Source: Octopus sinensis (taxonomy: Eukaryota). Taken from it: 64,000 nucleotides of DNA. A program made the position numbers and the translations under genes. Positions 22,480-36,455 of this stretch are shown one piece after another. The DNA lies in assembly GCF_006345805.1 (NCBI RefSeq), contig NC_043006.1, forward strand, positions 75,578,001-75,642,000, written 5' to 3'. Below the pieces are notes generated by a model. That model ran no database searches. It saw nothing but the letters and a program-made list of their open reading frames with translations, and was not told the DNA's origin. The stretch's first letter is position 1. Each line of letters opens with the position of its first letter.

Positions 22480-23380
22480 TTAGTTTACAGAACACAGACA
22501 TAGCTACGCGTTTGTGCACAAAGCCAACAATTTTGCTTACATTTTAACACCTAGAAAAGCAGACAATAAAATATCAATATGTAATGTTATATTACAGGAA
22601 AACAAGACAAAACAAAATTGTGATGAAAGAACAAAGAACTCGATAATGCATTATAACGTTAAAAAAAAAGAAATAATATGCAACTTCAGGGAGGTGGCAA
22701 AAATTAAATGTTGACATTTTTTGTACATCAAGTGTAGTTGATATTCGCCACATGAATTTCCTATGAATGAAGTAAAGAAAAAAATAGATAATAAAATACA
22801 GCACAAATTAGCTGATATGCAAAAAGAACAAAATATAAATATTCTGTAAATACTTAGAAATGCATCTTCAAAGCAGATGATAGTGTAATTTGTCGCTAAG
22901 TTAGTTTACGTTTAGGTACGTTATATGACGATGTAAAGAAAAAATATATTAGAAGCCAACAGCCGCATCAGAAAAAGTGGCGCTGTTAAGATAAGTACAT
23001 CAAAACCATGAAATGTCTAATGATGCCAGAGTAAAATAACACTTTGAAGGTAGAACAAGTACGAGAAGAATAACACTTGAAATGTATTTCAGAAATGTCT
23101 TTATTTCGAAGGCTAGAAACATTTGGTCTGTTATTTGTTTGTGAATCGTTCAGTGAGTTTGCTGCATTTAGTATGAGGTAAATAACTGCTCCGACATTTT
23201 ATTGACGTTATTTTTGGTCAATAGAAAGCACGGTCGTTATCGTAATTGTCACTGATTTTGGATGACAATCGAAAATGTTCAATATTAACGCGAAGATGCC
23301 AGCGCGTAGTTGGAATGGTACAACTTCTGAAGTGTGCTTAATGATGGTAGTCTACTGGTGTATGAAGTAAAAAATATTGA
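22480..23380 (+). pseudogene. Probable degenerate hAT (Charlie-like) transposase
   Basis: Scattered peptides KLADMQKE, ADDSV...FTFRYV, REDASA...SVLND resemble hAT RI.DM, DES.D...F.RYV and HREALA. Many stops. Confidence 0.35.
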
Positions 23381-23933
23381 TAAGGTTGTTGGACTAATAT
23401 ATTAAAAGGACAATGTGTGTGGCTAGCAAATGATCTGACGGCACCAAGACAGCCGTAGGTTTAGGCAGCAAGAACAATGTGGATAAAAACACTGAAAACC
23501 GATTGATCGAAAGCCTTTTCGAGTGAAGGAACTGTCAACACATAACTTTTCGAGATAACAAAAGTAACGTAGAAAACGACGTGAGAAATGGATTAAATGT
23601 ACATAAATATTATACAAGGCAAATTCTTCATTTATTGATTGTAGGTTCCTTTGCAGGCAAAAGAAAGAAAAGAAAAATGTCACATGGAGAGAAGGAAGCG
23701 CACGGCTCAGAGCAAGTCAACGGCAAAGCGATAAAAGGAAGCTGGACACAGACATGAGAAAGGTCACGGGCCACATGGTAGTGGGAGGAGAGAGAAATAA
23801 GTTGTGGAAGGCAGAAAGATAGAAAGCAACAGAAGGCAAGTTGGTGAGAGAAGGAGAGAGTGAGAGGAAGAAAAAGAAGAAAGAAAGAGACGTCGCACTA
23901 ATAATGGATGCAGACAAGAAAGATTTGAAGCGA

Positions 23934-23966
<33 letters not shown>

Positions 23967-23984
23967 GTCTATCTATCTATCGAT

Positions 23985-24051
<67 letters not shown>

Positions 24052-24194
24052 CATATGCACATACATGTGCAGATATGTCACTTGCTGGCTTTCAAAGCCA
24101 TTGTGGGTTCCATGTCCATTTAAAGAAACAGATGTAATATAATTTGTCAGAAATGTTTACACTTGTTTTACAGCTTGACTTCCCTCCTCCATCA

Positions 24195-24497
24195 AATAAA
24201 GTAAAGACTCCCTTCGGTCATTAATGACCATGGGATTGCACGAGTCCATATAAGGTTGTTTTTGGAAGACCATGCGTAACAACCTCCTCTCTTCACGCCA
24301 CCGATGTTATCCAAGCAATAGGCCGATAGAGCTTGGCACCAGTGACGTAGCAACTTGTTTCTGCAGCAGAGTGAAATGGAAAAACGTGAAATAAAGTGTC
24401 TTGCTGAAGAACACAATACACAGCTTGGTCCGGGAATCGAACTCGCTATCTCATAATTGTTAGTCAACACTCTAACTACTGGGCCAAGCCTCTTCAC
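24195..24497 (-). mobile_element. tRNA-derived SINE, core D with tail W
   Basis: Head and core resemble 10530-10743 (gttcgattcccggacc..tgtgttctt.agcaa.a.act..atttcacgtt); the tail is unrelated. Confidence 0.65.
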
Positions 24498-24570
24498 TAT
24501 CTGGTAAATATAAATGAAGATACATAATATGTGTAATTCATATAAATTTTATATATAAACATATATAACC

Positions 24571-24873
24571 ATGATCACTGTGACCGACCAGGCTATCAGA
24601 TGTTGTTACACATCGCTGGTCACAATGCGCTTTTCATTGTTTTAGCCTTCAAATGACGCCACCCCGCTGGCTAAGCGAACAGGCCGACAGAAGAAAGAGT
24701 GAGAGAAATTTGTGGCGAAAGAGTACAGCAGGGATCGCCCTCCCCACTGCCAGAGCCCCGTGGAGCTTTAGGGGTTTTCGCTCAATAAACACTCACAATG
24801 CTCGGTCTGGGAATCGAAACCGCGATCCTACGACCGCGAGTCCGCTGCGCTAACCACTGGCCCATTGCCCCTC

Positions 24874-24875
<2 letters not shown>
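24571..24875 (-). mobile_element. tRNA-derived SINE, core C with tail Y
   Basis: Colinear with 57034-57330. Confidence 0.9.
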
Positions 24876-24914
<39 letters not shown>

Positions 24915-24915
<1 letters not shown>

Positions 24916-25757
24916 AATTTAACGATTAAGGATAAAATCCTAATAAGAAATCTAAACAAGAAATTATCAGGTAGTTAGCGTGAAAAACCTCATAAGAGAA
25001 AAAATATGATAATTCTTCACTTGAAAATATTTATTTATATTATATATAGGGTATTATTACACATAAATGCCACACGCTAGGAGGGACTTTCAAAGTCATT
25101 ACTACCAAAAATAAAGACGTAGATAATACGTTAATTGCGAAATCATAGGTGATCTGGAACTAAATTCTGTTTTTAAATGTCTTGCTTCGAGAGCTGCATT
25201 CGGTACGATTCGTTTATTTTTGGTAGTAATGACTTTGAAAGTCCCTCCTAGCGTGTGGCATTTATGTGTAATAATGCCCTCTATTTAATATTAATAAATA
25301 TTTTCAAGTGAAAAAATTTTCATATTTTTTCTGTTATGAGGTTTTTCACGCTAACTACCTGATCATTTCTTGTTAAGATTTCTTATTAAGATTTTATCCT
25401 TAATTGTTAAATTTGTTCCGATGAAACACGTTTCTTAGCGAAATGCAGTTCGAAAAAGCCCGCCATTTACATAGATATATGACGATTGAACATTTCCATG
25501 TGCTACGATGGAGTTGATGGTTATCTGTTTGGTTCTGCCGGGTATGTTGGTTTTGTTCATTCTTGATATGTTTTGAATATGTTTCACTGATGAATAAAAG
25601 GCGTAGATAATACGTTAATTGCGAAATCACAGGTGATCTGGAACTAAATTCTGTTTTTAAATGTTTTGCTTCGAGAGCTGCATTCGGTACGATTCGTTTA
25701 TTTTTGGTAGTAATGACATTGAAAGTCCCTCCTCGCGTGTGGCATTCATGTGTAATA
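24915..25757. repeat. Large inverted repeat (arms 24915-25115 and 25213-25414) plus a third partial direct copy (25593-25757)
   Basis: Arms are over 90% identical by eye. The spacer and inner right arm recur at 25593-25757. Confidence 0.9.
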
Positions 25758-25790
25758 TATATATATATATATCTATATATAATATATATA

Positions 25791-25822
<32 letters not shown>

Positions 25823-25825
<3 letters not shown>

Positions 25826-26701
25826 GGTAGGTGAAACGTAAGTAGGTATTAAATTTGGCAATAAAATCCATATTCCTTTTACAAATTTATTGAAACAAAC
25901 AACACACGTTCCTTGTTATATGGGGAAAGTGAAAGTAGATCTTCATATTTCAATGTAAGCAACGGTAGTGTCAACTAGTTTCCTCAAACGGTCAGGGATG
26001 GAATGTACAACCTTCTGAAGAACGTCGTCTGGGATATCAGTGAGACCCTCCTGAATTCGTGTCCCTAAGTCCTCCAGTGTACGAGGTTTTGTCTTGTACA
26101 TCTCTTTGTGTAGCCCCACAGACAAAAATCACCTGGATGAGATCTGGACTTCTTGGAGTTCTGGACTTCTGGACTTCTGCGTTACAATCTATAGGTTTTA
26201 GCTCCTGCACGTAATAGGGTTTCCAATGATGAAAATTCAATTCTTTATACAACACCGTACGTATTGTGTGTCTTGTTAGTCCACTTTCACGAGCTGTTTG
26301 ATGTGTTGATTTTTGCGACCTGCGATTAAAAATTTGCTGCACTGTTGCTACGCTCTCCACTGATCGAGATGTGGATGGGCGACCACTTCTTTTTGCATCG
26401 TTCACAGAGCTCGTGGTCATCAGCTTTGCATGGCAACTTTTTATTTTCTCCGGACGCAGTGTTGAATGCTTACCTTCTCTGAACCAAAACAATGGAATTC
26501 CACACTTCGTAGCGTGCTGGTATCTTAGCTCGCTCCTGAATAGCCAAGGAACCGGTCATCTGGAAAATAAGAAATAAAAAATGAGACAGTAAGAAATCCC
26601 AATTAGTGTCGTCTGTTTAAAAAATGTTTTCGTCATGACTTCAGTGATACTAAAAATTCTATAAGCAATTTCTAATGCCTAGTTACTTTCTATCCACCTT
26701 T
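25823..26701 (-). mobile_element. Internally deleted Tc1/mariner (ITm) transposon
   Basis: TA-flanked degenerate TIRs. KRSGRPSTSRS..TRHTIRTVLYKELNFHHWKP..VQEL is joined to PRSPDL..YKTKPRTLEDL..VVHSIPDRL; the first catalytic residues are lost. Confidence 0.85.
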
Positions 26702-26765
26702 TATATATATAACTCCAGCATAACAGCAGTCAAATGACTGAAACAAGTAGAAGAATAAAAGAATA

Positions 26766-27058
26766 TCTTTATATATAAAAGAAAGGTTGTGTGTCTGTCT
26801 ACTCCGATTTAGATTCCTAACTACTCCCACATTTTGCGGCGCAGTTTAACCAAAACCGGGTATCTTATAGTCGTGATTCATATCAAGCCCTTCTGGGTAT
26901 TAGCGCGCGTCTACGATGAATCTACGATTTAAAAAATAATTTACCATCAATTTTTTCCATTTTAATGCATATTTTGTAAATATAAGGGAAGTAACTCTCT
27001 AAAAATGTTTATAGTTATTTCCCTTACAAACCCGAGCAACGCCAGGCGATACTGCTAG
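26766..27058 (+). mobile_element. Non-autonomous Helitron (293 bp)
   Basis: A|TCTTTATATATAAAAG ... CCCGAGCAACGCCAGGCG hairpin region ... CTAG|T. Confidence 0.9.
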
Positions 27059-27066
27059 TTATATAT

Positions 27067-27100
<34 letters not shown>

Positions 27101-27242
27101 CATACATACAGATGTGAGCAAATGCACATTGCTTAACATGAGTGGAAGGTTCTTTTCATTCATTAAGTAACTGCATACTTACCTTGCTCGCGCCTGTATA
27201 TGTATATATATATGTATGTATGTATGCACCTATATATAAATA

Positions 27243-27306
<64 letters not shown>

Positions 27307-27874
27307 CATGCATATGCATCTGTGTGTATACACACACACACATACATGTGTTTGCATATGTGTGTGTTATGTGGGTATATAATTTTCACATCGGAATTGG
27401 CTTGAAAATGATTAGCCTGGTGGAGATGTATAAGGCTTTGGAAATGTTATATTGATGATGATAATTATGTTTTAATTAGACAAGTGGGTATTGCAGTGAA
27501 TTAGAAATGGAGAGTTACTGGTGCTGGTATGGTGTGCCTGATCGTAGATATTTCTGCGTATTTCTTAACGCTGTTAAAATAAGGTGTAAATTGTTTGAAT
27601 TCGGGATCGATATTGCCACTGTGGAATCAATTAAAATAAGTTTTAGGTTCAGACGTCACTGCTCAGTGTAGCGCTAATAATTTCTTGTTAAATGCATACA
27701 AAGATAGACTTTTGTTTCAAGATGAAAATGGAATTCATTTTAGTTTCTTTCACCTTTCATCGACCCAGTATTTGATTGGTATTTTGTCAGCCCCTAAATA
27801 CTGAAAAGTAATTTTCGAATTATTGAATTTATTGTGTTGTTTTATATAGTTTATAATTGCCTATACATCGTTGT

Positions 27875-28155
27875 GTGGAAGCACATGGCCTAGTGGTTAG
27901 AGGGATCGCGAGTTCGAATCTCAGACCGAGCGATGTATGTGTTTATGAGCGAAACACCCAAGCTCTACGCGGCTCCGGCAGAAGGTAATGGCGAACTTCT
28001 GCAGAATCTTTCGCCACAACTTTCTCTCAATCTTCCCTCCTGCATCGTACAGTTCACCTGCGACGGACCGGCGTCCAATCCAGGTGGGGAACCTATACGC
28101 CAAAGGAACCGGGAAACCGGCCCTATGAGCCAGGCGAGAAGGAACAAACAACAAG
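27875..28155 (+). mobile_element. tRNA-derived SINE, core C with tail Z
   Basis: Core aagctctacgcggctccggcag..cacaactttctctc as in family C; tail gaaccgggaaaccggccctatgagccagg as in 10530-10743. Confidence 0.75.
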
Positions 28156-28354
28156 ACAACAATACATCATTGTATTTGTTGCTATGATAAGCAGAATCAT
28201 TTCTGCCGGGCAAAATAGCTTGGGATATTTCTCCCGATACCTTAGCATTTATGCTCTGAGTTCAGTTTCCATCACGTCAAGCTTGACTTTCAGACTTCAG
28301 GGATGAATTATACATGTTTCACTCATTTGACTGCATTATTTATGAAATGACCAG

Positions 28355-28425
<71 letters not shown>

Positions 28426-28439
28426 TATTATATATATAT

Positions 28440-28476
<37 letters not shown>

Positions 28477-28742
28477 GTATATGTTTGTATGTATATACGT
28501 ACATACACATTCACATATATATACACCCACAGACACACAACCGCGCACATAAATAATCTGATTATTCATACCAATGACAGATAGAAGTCTGATGTGATTC
28601 CGTCTCCTTAACAGTCATGTTTTCCACCAGCCATTCACTTCTCGTCAAATATTTCGACCCACCAATCTTCTAAACTCAACCCACTGATTTATAAACAGAC
28701 AATACCGTACACATCACATTTAACATCATGAACCCTCTGATT

Positions 28743-29012
28743 CAGTGGTTCCTGAAATTAGCAGTACTGCCGCCTTGAAAGGAATCAAATGATCCAGTGG
28801 GGTGTTGAAGAAAACTGGGATGACAATGTCGTGGCCAAAATGGGGCTATAGATGTGAAACCCACCCCTCAAAATAATGGGTTATTTAGGCACGTTTTATT
28901 TGTGAAATACAGTTGTTTTGAATTCTATGGAGAACGTGGTCTATGTTTGTGGTGGGGAGAAGGGAGGGAGGCGCTGGAAATGTCAACCGGGTACCAAGCT
29001 TTTGAACCACTG
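28743..29012. mobile_element. hAT-type MITE (~270 bp)
   Basis: TIR CAGTGGTTC / GAACCACTG; no 8-bp TSD is evident. Confidence 0.5.
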
Positions 29013-29883
29013 CAGTCTCATCCCTTGCCAGCGGTTATCATTTCTCGACGAACGGAATTCGTAATTAACTTCACAGAAAATATCTTTGCTTTCGAAAGCT
29101 TCTATAATTTTCATAACTTCACAAACCTTTGCATTTCCTCAGGTCATCAATTTTTATTGGTATCTCTATGATTATACATGTGGCGTCCTCTAGGTTTATC
29201 GTCGTTATTACAAAGGAGGTAACCATCTCCGCGCAAACATTTTTATCAATAATGTATTATTCTGTATTTTATAACAGCTCCCCCAAGTTTAAAGCCATCC
29301 GTCATAAATATGCCAAAGTGCCTTCGACCATTTGTAACATCCAGGCTTTGTATAACAACTATTATATCGATTTATTTATGGTTCTTTATACTTACTATTT
29401 TTATTATAATCTTTCTTTAGCATTCTTATTAATATACTTTATTACATTTATTTTATCCCAACCGTTAAGTATTCCCTTACAGTTACACTTGTATGTACAA
29501 TGATTATTAATAAATATTGTCCTTTCACTTGTGTATGCAACATCGTCGTTGTCATTCTTTAGTTTCAGGAGTAAAGATTCCGAGCTATAAATATAAATGA
29601 CATAAGTTGTTATGCGATAAAGCGGAGCCACAAGACTTGTGCGCGCCGTCTCACATAATCCCATCTCTGAATGAATTTTATTTCGCTCAACGTAATTAAT
29701 TTCAAGTCCTTTCCGTATTGTAACGCCTCACCACAAGGATTTATTTCTAGAAGACGGAGAAAAGTTTCACACACACACAAACACATTAATTAATTAATTG
29801 ATGATGATGATGATGATGCTGATGATGATGATGATGATGCTGATGATGATGATGATAAATAGTTTCATTTGACTTAGTAAATA

Positions 29884-30466
29884 ATGGGTTGTCCGGAAAG
29901 TTCGTGCCGATTTATAGTAGCTTACCTTTCAACTTATTTTAGAACATGGTTGAGTCCATGAAATAGGATTTGACTACACCTCCATTTAGGGCACAGTTTA
30001 AGCTATCTTTTCGTAGAAGAAGATTTATGTTCCTATAACCTGTATTAATTTAAAATGTTCCTATAACCTGTATTAATTTAAAATGGAAGATAAGAAAGTT
30101 CATTTTCCGCACTTGATGCGTTGGGGACCAGTCAAAAATTGCTGCAGCTCGGCTGGGATGTGTTACCCCACTCTCCATATTCACCAGATATTGCTCCTTC
30201 GGATTTCCACTTATCCAGGTCTCTGCAGAATAGTCTTAATGGTAAAAATTTCAATTCCTTGGATGGCGTAAAAAGATACCTTGATGAATCCTTTGCCATG
30301 AAACCACCTCAATTCGGGGAAGAGGGCATTTTCAAGTTAAATGCAAGATGGAGACGCATTGTGCAACAAAATTATTCATATTTGGTTGATTAAAAATGTA
30401 ATGGCAAGTATTTATTAACCTTTTTCTTTCCTTTAAAAATCGGTACGCACTTTCAGGAAAACCCAA
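29884..30466 (+). mobile_element. Internally deleted mariner (DD34D type)
   Basis: TIRs TGGGTTGTCCGGAAAGTTCGTGCCGATTT / AAATCGGTACGCACTTTCAGGAAAACCCAA, TA-flanked. MEDKKVHF.HLM is fused to WDVLPHSPYSPDIAPSDFHL...RWRRIVQQNYSYLVD*. Confidence 0.9.
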
Positions 30467-31132
30467 TAAAATTAATAACGAAAATTATTAATATAGTATT
30501 GTATAGTTTATAAAATATATTCTTATTACAACAATGGTGTTTGTTACGTCCGAAATTATTGATAGAGTTTGGATATGCACTATTTATGGTGTTTCAGTAA
30601 ATATCAAACGGAAAAGAAACTTTTTTTTGTTTACGTCTAAAAACAGAGACCAGAATACCACGAATAATTAGCTACGCATAAACAGTTCAGTTCTTTTTTT
30701 AAAGTATATATTATATATAAGACAATTACTACAAAGGGAATACAGCCTGTGATAGTGTCGGTGCTTAACTCGTTTGTCGTGCGATCGTGTTTACAGATTA
30801 GATGCTTTTATTATCTCAGAAAATACTAGTTATTTGAAACTCCAGTAGAACGAATAACGTCATCTGACTATAATAATTTAAAGTACAAATTTCTACCTCC
30901 TTCACTCTTTCAATAAATACCTATCATTGAATACTGACAAAACGGGAATAACAGCTGTTTTTCGTCAATAAATACACAACAATAGGTTGATAATTGATAA
31001 AAGCACATGAGGAAATTCTGAGATAAATTGTTTTAAACGAGGTATATACACCATCCACTTCTATCAAGTGCTTCAGCATACTAATTATTTCTCTTACACG
31101 TTTACCTGAGTATACCTATATTATATTTATAT

Positions 31133-31175
<43 letters not shown>

Positions 31176-31403
31176 ATAATTTATATTATATATACATATA
31201 TAAAAATTCATATACACATACACACATTTGTATATGTATATGTCACACACATGTATATCGTATAAGACATACATACGTATGTATATATAACTCTGTTTCT
31301 CTATATATTTATATGTATATATATATATATGCATATAGATAATTTTTATATGTATACACCCCCCCCACACACATATATATATATATATAGAGAGAGAGAG
31401 ATA

Positions 31404-31518
31404 CAAGGGGGAGGGGCTGAAAAGTTCCTGAGTTTGGGTAAAAGTAATCGGAGGTTTGGGTTTTGAACATGGCCTTTCGGGATACACTTAAAGCCAGGAA
31501 CTTTTCAACCCCACCTCG
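31404..31518. mobile_element. Mariner-derived MITE (~115 bp)
   Basis: Ends GGGGCTGAAAAGTTCCTG / CCAGGAACTTTTCAACCCCACCTCG. Confidence 0.7.
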
Positions 31519-32282
31519 CATGCATATATATATATATATATTTTCCTTTTTCTCTCTTTTCCCACTATTCTATCCTTTCTCTCCACCATTCTCTTGTTCT
31601 TTTGCGTCCTCTTCTCCCACTATTTTATCTTTCTACTCTTTCGTTTTCTCTCTTCCTTTCTTTTGCTTCCCCTTCTCTCTCTCTATTTTTTCCCTCTTAT
31701 CCTATCTCCAAATATTTTCCTCTTCTTTTCACAGCTCTCTGACTGCCACTCTCTCTTCCTCACTCTTCCTCCTTTGCTCACGTGACCATCGGCTATTCTC
31801 TTAACTTGCGTTTCTTTCTTTCTTCTTGTTTCAGCTGGACAGGGAATTCATATTACTCTCTGTCTCCTGTCCAGACTTGTTTCTTCGCGTTCGCCACCAC
31901 AACCTCGTTTAAGCTTAGCAGCCCTTCCTGTCTGTTTTCACTGTCCTGTTTTTGTCACCAATCTTGGCCCTCCGCAAGATCGCAAATTTTATTTAATTTG
32001 CTTTGCGGGAGCAACTATTTTATCGAAGGCGTATCATGTGAATTGCTCGAAATACGGAATAGAAAAACAGCCAACAACTGACGAAGGGTTGTTCTTTATG
32101 TTTCTTGTCTTGTTTTCGATTTGTTTTTTTTGTTGTTCGCAAAAAATGTCCTTATTCCATGTCTTCGTACTTCGTATATTTTGTTGTTTAAGTTTTCTGA
32201 CGCCCTGTGACCACATATGCATATGTATATACGTATACATGCAAGAATGTAAGAATAGTATGTATATGCATATATATATATT

Positions 32283-32347
<65 letters not shown>

Positions 32348-32373
32348 ATATATATTATAATATATTATATATA

Positions 32374-33556
32374 ATATCCGGTTGGACAAAATAATTGGAG
32401 CACGTGGCAAATTCAATGAATATTTATTTAATATGGAGTTGGTCCTCCTATAGCTTTCTGAACAGCTTCGATGAGTCTAGGAATTGATTCATAGACCTTT
32501 CTGACTTCACTGAAAGGCATCGTAAGCCATTCCACCTGCTCCATCTGTTGCAGACATGACGGTGGAGGGTAACGACCTCTAACCTGTCGCTCTAAGATGA
32601 CCGCAGATGCTCAATAATATTAAGATCTGGAGTTGAGGGGGGTCACTCCATGTATTGTAGCCCACTACTATGTTCTTCATGTCAATTCTTAACCACATGA
32701 GAGCTGTGTATTGGAGCATTCGCATCTTGGAAGCTGCACTCACCATCAGGAAATAATGTCTGGACAATGGGAAGGACTTCCTTTCCTAAAATATTCAGAT
32801 AGTCAATTCTGTTGATCCTACCATGCAGGACAACAATTGGACCAAGAGAATTTCAAGAAAAGGCTATCCAAACCTTCAGAGACCCTCCTTCGTGCTTCAC
32901 TATAGGAAGAAGGCAGTCAGGATTAAAAGTTTCCCGGGGCTGCCTCCACTTATAAACACGCCCTGCAGTGACAAAAAGAAAAAAAAACTGAACTCATCAG
33001 AGAATATTACTTACTTCCATTGGTCTGTCGACCAGCCCTTATGATCTCTACACAAGTTCAGTCTTTTCTGAATGATTTGATGAGAAAGCGGAGGTTCCCT
33101 GAAGGCGGGTCTTCCATGATATCCGGCTTTATTGAACTCACAGCGAACAGTTTTAGTTGAAACAAGGCTAGTCAGATTTTGATTCAACTCGGTCTCTTTC
33201 AGCAGGAGGAGTAAGTCCGGCAGGTTTTGCTCCGCTTCTGAAATTCAGTCATGGTCCTTGATATGGTATCTCTCGAAAAACCCAGGAGCTCAGGTGTTCT
33301 GGTGACGGAAGCTCCTGCCGTTCGAGCTCCAACAATTTGCCCTTTTTCGAACTCAGTGAGGTCACGCATCTTAGCTTAATTTATACTATGATCCGGAAAA
33401 GCGATAAAAAATAATCATTAAATTAGATAAATAAAACCATGTTCAATACAAAAAACAACACACACTCACAATGAAATTTGGATGGATATTCGTAATATAA
33501 TGGCTCATTGAAATAGTGGAGTAAATTTCTACTGATCCAATTATTCTATCCAACCC

Positions 33557-33559
<3 letters not shown>
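32374..33559 (-). mobile_element. Near full-length degenerate Tc1 element (transposase relic 33369 to 32428)
   Basis: TIR CAGGGGTTGGA(C/T)A(A/G)AATAATTGGA. MRDLTEFEKGQIVGARTAGASV...WSTDQWK*VIFSDE, ending in a GGPTPY* type C-terminus. Confidence 0.9.
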
Positions 33560-33638
<79 letters not shown>

Positions 33639-33662
33639 ATAATATATATAGATATATATATA

Positions 33663-33774
33663 TTGGCCTGCTCGCTAGCCACGGGGTGCGTCATTCGAAG
33701 CTAAAACAATGCGAACGCATTATGACCAGCGATGAGTACAACATCGATGGTCTGGTCGGTCACGTGATCACGTG

Positions 33775-33776
<2 letters not shown>
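33663..33776 (+). mobile_element. SINE tail-Y fragment within a (TA)n tract
   Basis: Matches 57220-57330. Confidence 0.8.
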
Positions 33777-33806
<30 letters not shown>

Positions 33807-34819
33807 ATAATATTATAATATATATTATATTATATATATATAAACCATGTTCAAGCCACGTACGCACACACATATATACATATGTGTGTGTATGTGTGAG
33901 TGTGTGCCGACGAAAAACAATTTTGTTAATTAAAAATTAAAAAAACTTATTACTGTTTTTAAGAAAGTAAATTAATACAGACTTGACAGAAGGAAGTTTT
34001 GTAAGATTTCATTGTCTTCAGTTGCATATAATTATATAATTAATCATTTTCAGTTCAAGAAAATGTTTTTTGTGTCTTATCCGTTATATATAATGGAAGC
34101 ATTATTAAATTAAAGTGGTCATTTGTGTACAACATATTTAACTTAAATACATCGTCGAAAGGCAAATTATTGCGGTATTTGTTCAGATATAACATCTCTT
34201 AACGTATTTTATTTAAAAAGCAATATAGATCGGAAGGAGTCAAAATTCATGCCGCAACGTGAACAGAAAATGAATTTCGGCCGATAATTATATCCAACCA
34301 GACGGCTCATTCTTAATAGCAATGAATGTTTTAGTTACTGTTTCCTACATATTGGACACTAAAACCTCGTCTGCGTATGAGCCTGGATATGCTTAATAAT
34401 TACTCTTCAAAATTTCACTTATTGTTACAAGACGAAGTTGAACTTTATTTCGGCATCTTTTATCATAGCATAATCATTTTATTTCATTGTGCATACTGAT
34501 GCATCTGTTGCAGTAGTAGTAGTAGTAGTAGTATTTGTTGTTCTTGTGGTTGTAGTTGTGCTGATTTGACCGAAATAATTTCTGACTGAACATATCTAAG
34601 CTCTAAAACATACCAGCTGCGACCAAGTCAGCTGTATTTGTCTAACAGATAATATATAAGTCGATATCATCCAAGTATTTCCTAATTTATTTTTGAGGAT
34701 TTACTTTTGAGCATTGAGATACCACAGTTGTTCCTAGTCGTTTGTGATACCGAGTTTAGAAACTACTACTTACATTAGAAACTACTACTTCATGAAATAA
34801 ATCGGAATGTTGTAAAATG

Positions 34820-34960
34820 TATGCTCCAACTCAGCCGTAGGAAATTTTATTTCATTCATCATATCTCTCCACCCACTCAGTTTAAGTGCACTATTATAAT
34901 GTTGGGCAGCTTTATCGGACATCCCTCTGTAATTGAAAGCACAAAGATTCATCTTCTTCA
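34820..34960 (-). mobile_element. Short PLE RT C-terminal relic
   Basis: DKAAQHYNSALKLSGW resembles the PLE motif F.KAA.YYN.ALK.SGY. Confidence 0.35.
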
Positions 34961-35059
34961 ATAAATACAAATAATGAGATATTGTCACACGACAAGATTC
35001 CAGCTGCATTTCGTAAATAAATACACACTCATAGATTTACAAATCCACTCTAAGATACA

Positions 35060-35572
35060 CATTCAATATGAGGGTTCCGAATTCAGTCCCACTGCGTAGC
35101 ACCTTGGGCAAGTGTCTTCTATTATAGCTAACCAAAACCGTGTGAGTGGATTTGATGAACGGAAACTGAAAGAAGCCTGTCATATATATATTCTTTTATT
35201 CATTTGACTGCGACCATGCAGGAGCACCACCTTTAGTTGAACAAATCGACCTCAGGACTTGTTTGTAAGCCTAGTACTTATTCTATCGGTCTCTTTTGCC
35301 GAACCGCTAAGTTACACACCACCATCGGTTGTCAAGCGATTGTGGGGGCGCAAACACAGACACACATACACACACACGCACACACACACACACACACACA
35401 CCACCACACACACATATATATACGACGGGCCTCTTTCAGTTTCCGTTTACCAAATCCACTCACAAGGCTTTGGTCGGCCCGAGGCTATAGTAGAAGACAC
35501 TTGCTTAAGGCGTCACCTCTGTGGGATGAACCCTGAACAATGTGGAACCCTGAAAGCCACTCCTGCGCCTAT
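35060..35572. mobile_element. Two SINE A copies: 5' half on + (35060-35185) abutting a full copy on - (35195-35572)
   Basis: Both match 16718-17112; the minus copy ends aagccactcctgcgcctat. Confidence 0.85.
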
Positions 35573-35779
35573 TATATATAATATATAGATATATATATAT
35601 ATATAGATATATATATATATATATATATATCTATATATATTATATATATAAATATATAATATAAATATATAATATATATAAAATAATATATGCATGTATG
35701 TAACTAATAAAAAGGGTGGCTTATTAGCGATTAGAACTAAAGTCAAAATTAGTAGAGAGTCACTTTTGTAACCTTTATA

Positions 35780-35950
35780 TATGTGTATGTATAGTTTGTT
35801 TGTTGTCTGTGTTTGCACCCTCACCCCACGCCGTCGCTTGATAACCCATGTTGGTTTGTTAACATCCCCGAAACTTAGCGGCTCGGCAAAACAGACCTAT
35901 AGAACAAGTACTAGGCTTACAAAGAATAAGTCCTGGGGTCAATTGTTCGA
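35780..35950 (+). mobile_element. SINE A 3' half
   Basis: cgcttgataacc...cttagcggctcggcaaaa...aataagtcctggggtc. Confidence 0.7.
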
Positions 35951-35951
35951 A

Positions 35952-36007
<56 letters not shown>

Positions 36008-36102
36008 CGGGAAGCTTATGAAAATAGACAAAAGACGAAGGCAGGTGGGAAACAAAAACAATTGTATTAGTATGGTGCTCAGGAAATATAAATAAAACAA
36101 GT

Positions 36103-36138
36103 CTTTAACGTTTCGAGCCTACGCTCTTCAACAGAAAG
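36103..36138 (-). ncRNA. Hammerhead-like fold with U at core position 6
   Basis: CUUU-CUGUUGA-A-GAGC-GUAG-GCUC-GAAAC-GUU-AAAG. Confidence 0.6.
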
Positions 36139-36330
36139 ATACACAGAGAGAAAAAAAACACAGAAAGAAGGAGAGAAAAAAAAATGCGTGCAGTAACTAA
36201 CGAATCAACATGGCGATCTGATTTCGCCAGAGGTCAAGATCAAACATGAGACGCGAGAGCGAAATAAGGGGAGATAATAGGGTGATAATAGGGTGAATGG
36301 CCAGCTCCAACATGAGGGTGTGTGTGTGTG

Positions 36331-36411
36331 TATGAGAGAGTATTAGTGCGTATGAGAGGTCTGGACGTGTGTATGTATAGGGTTGTGATGTATAGTATGT
36401 ATAGTATGTAT

Positions 36412-36455
<44 letters not shown>

